DNA of 43,950 bases, from the NCBI GenBank assembly GCA_963798485.1, contig CAWCTR010000031.1:1-43950 (forward strand). The letters run 5' to 3'. Under the pieces are notes generated by a model. The model made no database searches. It was not told the DNA's origin and saw only the letters and a program-made list of their open reading frames with translations. The stretch comes from an uncultured delta proteobacterium. GTDB lineage: Bacteria > Desulfobacterota > Desulfomonilia > UBA1062. The position numbers and the translations under genes are program-made. The first letter of the stretch is position 1, and each line of letters begins with the position of its first letter. This document shows, piece after piece, positions 37,953 to 43,950 of the stretch.

Positions 37953-38010
37953 AGGTCCTCCTTCGGTTAGAGTTTTTGGCCTAAAATTCTTCTCTCCGAA
38001 GTGAGGACCT
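37953..38010 (-). promoter_or_regulatory. Hairpin sequestering the transposase RBS
   Basis: Minus strand AGGTCCTCACTTCGG ... CCGAAGGAGGACCT pairs over the GGAGG RBS. Confidence 0.65.
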
Positions 38011-38302
38011 CTTTCAATTGATATTACGAAAGTGCGAAAGATATTTTACGTTATCGATACTTACTCCTTATTAATTGAAAGAGATAGAAAAGCAATACAT
38101 ATGCTCTCTCTATAAGCATATGCTCTATAAACTCACTCCATTTGAGCACCACCGCATCCGGGATATCCACGATGTATCATCGCACGTATGAGCTTCCTGA
38201 GAGGCTTTCAGAACGGCAGGCAAATATTAATTTTAATACTTTCATTATCGTAAATGGACGATTAAATAATTAATTATAACCATGAAACACCTGTTTTTCA
38301 GA

Positions 38303-38342
38303 GCCTCCAGAAGGCCATAAACCTTCTGGAGGTCTTATTTTT
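38303..38342 (+). terminator. Rho-independent terminator-like hairpin
   Basis: CCTCCAGAAGG-ccataaa-CCTTCTGGAGG followed by TCTTATTTTT. Confidence 0.6.
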
Positions 38343-38557
38343 AAAGGAGGCTGTCTCTGGGAATGATAAATGGGACCAAAAATAGGAAAGTGAAAGTATA
38401 CCACCGAGCGAGTCTTTAGGTTTTTCGTTTTAGGGGAATAAAAGGGTTTTTCAAAGGGGCCGGGGGGAATGTGTCCCCCGGGAAGTAGTCAGTCGCCCCG
38501 ACGTGATAACCGAGGAGCACTAGATGGAGTGCAGAAACGGTATCATGAGGGGGCACG

Positions 38558-39832
38558 ATGAAGAGACTTGGAGATGTAATGGACATCGTGGCGCTCAGGA
38601 GACAGGGGTTATCTGAAAGGGAGATTGCCAGGCGACTTGGGATGTCCCGAAAGACTGTGCATAAGTATCTTGGAGATCCTGACGTCTGCAATCGTGGAAG
38701 GCCTCAGGTTGTGAGGGAGAGCAAGCTTGATCCTTATGTGGGTAACATATGTTTCTGGTTGAGCGAAGATCCTGAGTACAAGGCGACATGGATATATGAC
38801 CATCTCAAGCCGCTGGGATATGCCGGTGGCTATGATCTGGTGAAGCTGAAGGTTCATGAGCTCAAGGAGGAGAAGCAGCGTATTGCCTATATGCGGTTCG
38901 AGAGCGAGCCCGGCTGCCAGGCGCAAGTAGATTTCGGTGAGTTCCAGGTGGTTCGGGATGACGGGTCGATCGTTAAGTACTACCTGTTCTCCATGATCCT
39001 GGGGTATTCCCGGAAGATCTACGGGGAGTTCATTGAGCGATGCGATCTGCCCACCTTTCTGGACTGCCATATCCGGGCCTTCGATTACTTCGGGGGCGTG
39101 CCCGCAGAGATTCTCTATGACCGGATGAGGAACGTCTACATTGGCAAGATTGCAGGCAAGGCAAGGTTCAATGCCACGCTTGAGGGCTTTGCCATTCATT
39201 ACGGGTTCAAGCCCAGGGTGGCGCCTGCTTATGCCGCCTGGGTGAAGGGCAAGGTGGAGAGGCCGTACTCGTTCATCCGGGAGGGATTCTGGAGAGGGTA
39301 TGGGTTCATCTGCCTTCAAGCTGCCAACCGGGATCTGGGGGGATGGCTCACAGTCAAGGATGAGCGTATTCACGGCACGACTCACGAGGTGGTGCAGGTA
39401 CGGTTCGAGCGGGAGCAGCCCTTTCTGAAGGCCGTTCCTGTTCAGGCGTTCGACACCTCGTACCGGGTGTACCGGAAGGTGCACAAGGACTGCACGGTGC
39501 GGTTTGATGGCAACAGTTATGTTGTTCCCCATACCCTGGTAGGCAAAGTCATTGTGCTGCGTGTAAAGGATAAAACCATACGGGTTTTTGCCGACGACCG
39601 GCTCGCCGTTGCCTACGAGATCCCTTCAGGCAGAGGCCATCTGGTGCAGGACAGGCGCTTCTATGAGGCCCTGCGGAAAGACCGGCTGATGAACTCCCGG
39701 AAGTACCATTACGACAGGCCTGCAAAGGGCCGGGCAAAGCTGACCATCTCCCCGTTGAGGCCAAAATACGACATGGACGTGATGATCAGGCCGGTATCGA
39801 TCTACGACCATGCAGTGGGAGCTTCGATATGA
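38558..39832 (+). CDS. istA: IS21 transposase IstA
   Basis: HTH GLSEREIARRLGMSRKTVHKYL, RFESEPGCQAQVDFG, ILYDRM, KGKVER, NSYVVP. Confidence 0.96.
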   Translation: MKRLGDVMDIVALRRQGLSEREIARRLGMSRKTVHKYLGDPDVCNRGRPQVVRESKLDPYVGNICFWLSEDPEYKATWIYDHLKPLGYAGGYDLVKLKVHELKEEKQRIAYMRFESEPGCQAQVDFGEFQVVRDDGSIVKYYLFSMILGYSRKIYGEFIERCDLPTFLDCHIRAFDYFGGVPAEILYDRMRNVYIGKIAGKARFNATLEGFAIHYGFKPRVAPAYAAWVKGKVERPYSFIREGFWRGYGFICLQAANRDLGGWLTVKDERIHGTTHEVVQVRFEREQPFLKAVPVQAFDTSYRVYRKVHKDCTVRFDGNSYVVPHTLVGKVIVLRVKDKTIRVFADDRLAVAYEIPSGRGHLVQDRRFYEALRKDRLMNSRKYHYDRPAKGRAKLTISPLRPKYDMDVMIRPVSIYDHAVGASI

Positions 39833-40605
39833 GCGATACGTTGGTGTTCGAGAGGATAGAGGCAAACCTCACACGATTGAGGCTCCCACGGATCAGGGAG
39901 ATCCTCGACGGCACCATCCATGCCGCCGAGGAACAGGGAAAGAGCTATCTCTCCTTCCTCGACGATCTCCTCGAAGAGGAAGTGGCGCAGAAGGAGCAGC
40001 GCCGGGTGGAGACCACGCTCAAGATCTCGGGCCTGCCTTTCATCAAGACTATTGACGAGTTCGATTTCACCTTCCAGCCCGGCCTCGACCGGCAGAAAGT
40101 GATGTCGCTGTTCGACCTGACCTTCATCCGTCAGAAGGGCAACGTGATCTTCCTCGGCCCTCCCGGGGTGGGTAAGACCCACCTGGCTGTGGCCCTGGCG
40201 GTAAAAGCCTGCCAGTCTGGCCTGAGCGTCTACTTCACCACCATGGAGGACCTCATCAGGAAGCTCAAGAAAGACCATGAGACAGGCAGATCCGGCAGGG
40301 GAAGGAGTTATTACAAATCGGCCCTCGTGGTCGTGGATGAGGTCGGTTACACACCCATCGACCGTCAGGAATGCAATCTCTTCTACCGCTTCGTTGCCAA
40401 CCGCTACGAAAAGGCCAGCACCATCCTGACCTCCAACAAGGCATTCATGGACTGGGCGGAACTCTTTCATGACCAGGTCATCGTGACGGCCATCCTTGAT
40501 CGTCTGCTTCATCACAGCGTGGTGATCAACATCAAAGGCAACAGCTTCCGACTCAGAGGAAAAATCTCAAAGGACGGGGTAGAATCTCATGGCGCTATTG
40601 CGTAA
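39829..40605 (+). CDS. istB: IS21 helper ATPase IstB
   Basis: GPPGVGKTHLA, VVVDEVGY, TSNKAF, AILDRLLHHS, GNSFRL. Confidence 0.96.
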   Translation: MSDTLVFERIEANLTRLRLPRIREILDGTIHAAEEQGKSYLSFLDDLLEEEVAQKEQRRVETTLKISGLPFIKTIDEFDFTFQPGLDRQKVMSLFDLTFIRQKGNVIFLGPPGVGKTHLAVALAVKACQSGLSVYFTTMEDLIRKLKKDHETGRSGRGRSYYKSALVVVDEVGYTPIDRQECNLFYRFVANRYEKASTILTSNKAFMDWAELFHDQVIVTAILDRLLHHSVVINIKGNSFRLRGKISKDGVESHGAIA

Positions 40606-40782
40606 GGTGGTATACTTCTACACGCCCATTAACATGGGTATGGGTGGTATACTTTTCATTCCCAGAATTGGTATACTTTTTTCTTCCCGTTGACAGAGGC
40701 AGTTAGATGTACTGATAAAGCGTTGTTGAAAGTGTGATGTTGAAGGTTTTTCCTGAATACAGGAACCTTTCTCGGCTTTAGT

Positions 40783-40911
40783 GGGGTCAAGTCTTGTATT
40801 ATTACATATTATATTCAATTAATTACTTCTACCAATTATAGATCGCCCGGTACTTCTCATTTGACAACATCAACATACACCATATTTTATTATAATACAA
40901 GGCCTGACCCC
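40783..40911. repeat. GGGGTCAG-ended palindromic element, copy 3
   Basis: GGGGTCAAGTCTTGTATTAT ... ATAATACAAGGCCTGACCCC around an AT-rich interior. Confidence 0.8.
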
Positions 40912-41164
40912 TTCTTCCTTCTCTTTCTCATATTCTTCCTCGCTAATGTTTTCTTCTTCGATTATTTAAAAAAGTACGCTTCAGTGTGAAGAACCTTATT
41001 TTTATGGGCACTGTTGACTACATTGCCTTATTATACCTTCATCAAGAGCTTCCTGAATTCGTGTTATAACCATAGTAATATCTTCAAGATTCCAGGCTGA
41101 TGCCTCAACGAAGATTTCCGTTTTTTCCTGACATTGACATATAGTAATATTGTTATAGTATAAT

Positions 41165-41647
41165 TTATGCCTTTCTACTAGCTGTATCAATTTGTTCATA
41201 TAACCAGTTTTCCAAATTTTTTACTAGTTCAAGGTTGTCATTGCTTATATCGCGCCATGCAGACATCTTATTACCAGTAGATTCAAGAATACAATGAATA
41301 TTTATTCTTGTTTTACTCTTACTTAACTTAGTAAGATTAATATTATATTTATAACGTGTTTGTATGGTGCCAAGTATCCCTAGGGCCATCATTTGAGTTA
41401 CTCCTTGGATGTAATCAGTCGTTATCCGACCCTCAGATTTGTCTTGTGAGGCTATAGATGCTCTATTCTCCTCGAGCACATTATTAATAACATGAAGAGC
41501 TTTGTCATATGAAATCGCCAGTTCTTTCTTGGGTACATAATTCTGTGATGCTTCAGGAAATTTTGTATTACCAAGAGTAGTGGCACAGCTTACTAACATA
41601 ACAACCATAAGCATGGTCATCACTAACGTTCTTGCTTTTTTCTCCAT
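41165..41647 (-). CDS. Hypothetical lipoprotein
   Basis: Lipobox MLVSC; DKSEGRITTDY motif reminiscent of BamC/DUF3576-like domains; GGAGG RBS. Confidence 0.75.
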   Translation of the reverse strand: MEKKARTLVMTMLMVVMLVSCATTLGNTKFPEASQNYVPKKELAISYDKALHVINNVLEENRASIASQDKSEGRITTDYIQGVTQMMALGILGTIQTRYKYNINLTKLSKSKTRINIHCILESTGNKMSAWRDISNDNLELVKNLENWLYEQIDTASRKA

Positions 41648-41703
41648 CTTTTTCCCTCCATTTTCCTGATTAAATTATTTTAGCTAATGCACGTCGCTCA
41701 TTC

Positions 41704-42795
41704 TTAAAAGTAATAGTATAAGCCAGCCCCTATACCGAATCCGCTCCAACCGGAGACCGTATATTTCTCGGAATGATACGTAATACTACCGGTATTAGGA
41801 TCAAAGGCAGGAACCTTATAATTAGTCTCTAGGGAAACTGTTGAATAGGAAAGTTCCATCCTCATCATAAGATTCTTAACTATAGATTGAGCAGATGCCA
41901 GAATGCCAGCGTGTAAGTCAAAACCAGAACCCTTTATATCTCCAATATCACTAGGCACAGAACCTTTGTATGTAACTGAAGAATAACCAAGCCCAGCATA
42001 TGGCTTTGCGTTCATAGAACTGCCTATCTTGAACGGTTTATTGAACAGATAATCACCTCGCACTCCGATCATCTGGAAGTCCCCTAAAGAAGAAAAGCTG
42101 ACTTGGCCTTCAATGTTGTCGGTAAACCAATACTCAGCCGTTGGGCCAATACCGAAGGTTAAGGCTGATATCTCAAGACCTACACCGATTTTTCCTTTCA
42201 TCTGGAATTTTTCCAGGCTCCCATTAGGGCGCTCGAATAAGTTTGAGACCGGCGAAACGTTTGCTTTGTTATCCTGGTCTGACTTGTGAGCCTTGGTTTT
42301 CTTGTCTTCCTTGTTTATATTTTCTGCCTTCTCTTCTTTTTCCGATGAAGTATTACTAGCCACCTTAAACGTAGAATGATATGCAACAATCTTACCCCCA
42401 TAATTCGACTTCTTCACATTGGGTCCTGTAAGCTTACTGCCATTTTTGCCGAAAATATCGCTCACTGATTGAGTTTGATTTGCTGAATTTGGCGAGCTGA
42501 TCTCAATCGTATAAGTGCCAGGGTTAAGAGCTGCACCATTTTTTGTAAAGGGGCCAGCTCGGAAAGAACCATTTGTTACTGTAACTTCATCTTTTCCAAT
42601 AAAAATATTGGTCTTCCGGGTCATGGTGATTATGAGCTCCGTGCCATCCGGTAAATTAGTTTCTCCAACAACTTCAGGTTTATTACCACCTTCAACAGAA
42701 GTTTTGATTAAGACATTCAATGCAACCGCCGGTGAAACGAAAAGGACTAATAACTGTAGTGGTACTAACAGTATTGGTAATAGTTTCCTCATCAT
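41704..42795 (-). CDS. Exported protein: N-terminal beta-rich domain, charged linker, C-terminal outer-membrane beta-barrel
   Basis: Signal peptide (SPAVA|L), GETNLPDGT domain, K/E-rich linker, amphipathic strands (KPYAGLGYS), terminal GAGLYYYF barrel signal; GAGGGG RBS before ATG 42795/42792. Confidence 0.8.
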   Translation of the reverse strand: MMRKLLPILLVPLQLLVLFVSPAVALNVLIKTSVEGGNKPEVVGETNLPDGTELIITMTRKTNIFIGKDEVTVTNGSFRAGPFTKNGAALNPGTYTIEISSPNSANQTQSVSDIFGKNGSKLTGPNVKKSNYGGKIVAYHSTFKVASNTSSEKEEKAENINKEDKKTKAHKSDQDNKANVSPVSNLFERPNGSLEKFQMKGKIGVGLEISALTFGIGPTAEYWFTDNIEGQVSFSSLGDFQMIGVRGDYLFNKPFKIGSSMNAKPYAGLGYSSVTYKGSVPSDIGDIKGSGFDLHAGILASAQSIVKNLMMRMELSYSTVSLETNYKVPAFDPNTGSITYHSEKYTVSGWSGFGIGAGLYYYF

Positions 42796-42922
42796 AAGAT
42801 CCCCTCGCATTTAATATTTAGATCAATTATCTCCCCAATATTGATAAGTGGTTCGAATATCTATTTAACACCATCCACTCTATTCTATTAGATTAAAATA
42901 GGAAGCAGCTCGATTCCTATTC

Positions 42923-43950
42923 TTAAAAGTAGTAATACAACCCAGTCCCGATACTGAAGTTGCTGTGTTCAGGAGGAGTATAACTAAATTGGTTTTCATC
43001 AAAGGATGAAGACGCTGTAGTTTTATAATTTATGGCCGAGTAGGAAAATCCATCCGCGACATGAGATTCTTGACTATAGATTGTGCAGATATCAGTATTC
43101 CTGCGTGTAAGTCTAAACCAGATCCCTTCGTATCGAATTTATATCCTTGGATACTCTCATCGGACTTCTTTGAAGAGTAGCCAATACCTATGTACGGCTT
43201 CATTTTCAAAGCATTGCCTATATTGAATGGTTTGTTGATGAGATATTCACCACGCAACCCAATAATCTGATAGTGCCCGAGGACTGAATAGAGCGCATGC
43301 AGGTCAATGTTGTCGGTAAACCAGTACTGGCGGCTGGTCCAAGACCGAAGTATATAGCTGTGATATCAAAACCAATGCCGATCTTCCCTTTCATCTCGAA
43401 TTTTTCCAAGTTCCCATGAGGACGCTCAAAGAATTTGGAATTTGATGAGGTGTTGCTTTTTCAGCAGTGTCTGTTTTTTCTGTCTTGTTTATATTATCCA
43501 TCTTTTCATTTTCCGGTTTGGAAGTACCAGCAACCACCTTAAAAGTGGAGTGATATGAAACAATCTTGCCTCCATACTTTGCCTTCTTTACATGGGGTCC
43601 TGTGAGTTTGATGCCATCCTTCCCGAAAACATCACTCACTGACTGAGGCTGATTTGCTGAATTCGGTGAGTTGATCTCAATCGTATAAGTACCGGGATTA
43701 AGTGCTGCACCATTTTGCGTAAAGGGGCCGGCACTAAAAGCTCCATTCGTTACTTTTACATCATCTTTACCAATAATACTGCTCTTACGGCTCACGGTTA
43801 CCATGAGCTCTGTGTCATCCGGCAGATTGGTTTTTCCAACCACTTCAGGCATATTCCCACCTTCAATAGAAGTTGTGATTGAGACATTCAATGCCATGGC
43901 CGGGGAAACAAACAGCAATACGAACAGCAAAGGTAATAGTCTCTTCAAGT
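42923..43950 (-). pseudogene. Frameshifted tandem paralog of 41704-42795
   Basis: Fragments 43391-43948, 43218-43409, 43030-43257 and the GLYYYF* end at 42923 are successive pieces of the same architecture in different frames. Confidence 0.8.

Larger units (their letters stand above)
36321..38055 (-). mobile_element. Complete IS256-family element (1735 bp) with passenger gene
   Basis: 28-bp imperfect terminal IRs (GGTAGTGTCAAGAATGTTTCGCACTTTC vs GATAACGTAAAATATCTTTCGCACTTTC, 21/28) flanked by the 8-bp direct repeat GATACTTA (36313-36320, 38056-38063). Confidence 0.93.
38352..40695 (+). mobile_element. Complete IS21-family element (2344 bp)
   Basis: TGTC...GACA ends, repeated AAGTATACCA(CC) subterminal boxes, 5-bp TSD GAGGC (38347-38351, 40696-40700). 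Confidence 0.92.

Noticed and set aside
41002-41199. 65-aa ORF downstream of the lipoprotein gene
   Set aside because: Overlaps the lipoprotein 3' end, with no RBS or motif; cannot be supported.

Overview
Bacterial chromosomal window, probably from a deltaproteobacterium (Desulfobacterota-like). The clues are the zapB-zapA-6S-ygfA-rny-tyrS gene order, an HcpR-type TTGAC-N4-GTCAA box, sigma54 promoters and selenium-metabolism genes. Positions 1-4.8 kb are the distal end of an integron cassette array with no integrase in the window. It holds two toxin-antitoxin cassettes, three SAM methyltransferase cassettes and a DapF-fold epimerase with Ser at both catalytic Cys positions; several attC sites are eroded or half-deleted. 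The middle (5-35.5 kb) is mostly housekeeping or accessory metabolism. It also hides an unannotated two-UGA glutaredoxin-like selenoprotein gene (13871-14083), a tandemly duplicated sigma54 promoter upstream of amtB-glnB, and a 6S RNA. The right end has a complete IS256-family element (8-bp TSD) carrying a translationally coupled passenger ORF and a large hairpin, and a complete IS21 element (5-bp TSD). It also has a tandem pair, one intact and one frameshifted, of secreted-domain/beta-barrel outer-membrane genes. A palindrome-ended GGGGTCAGGTCTTG...CAAGACCTGACCCC element with variable interiors occurs three times. All calls come from reading motifs by eye; no database searches were run.
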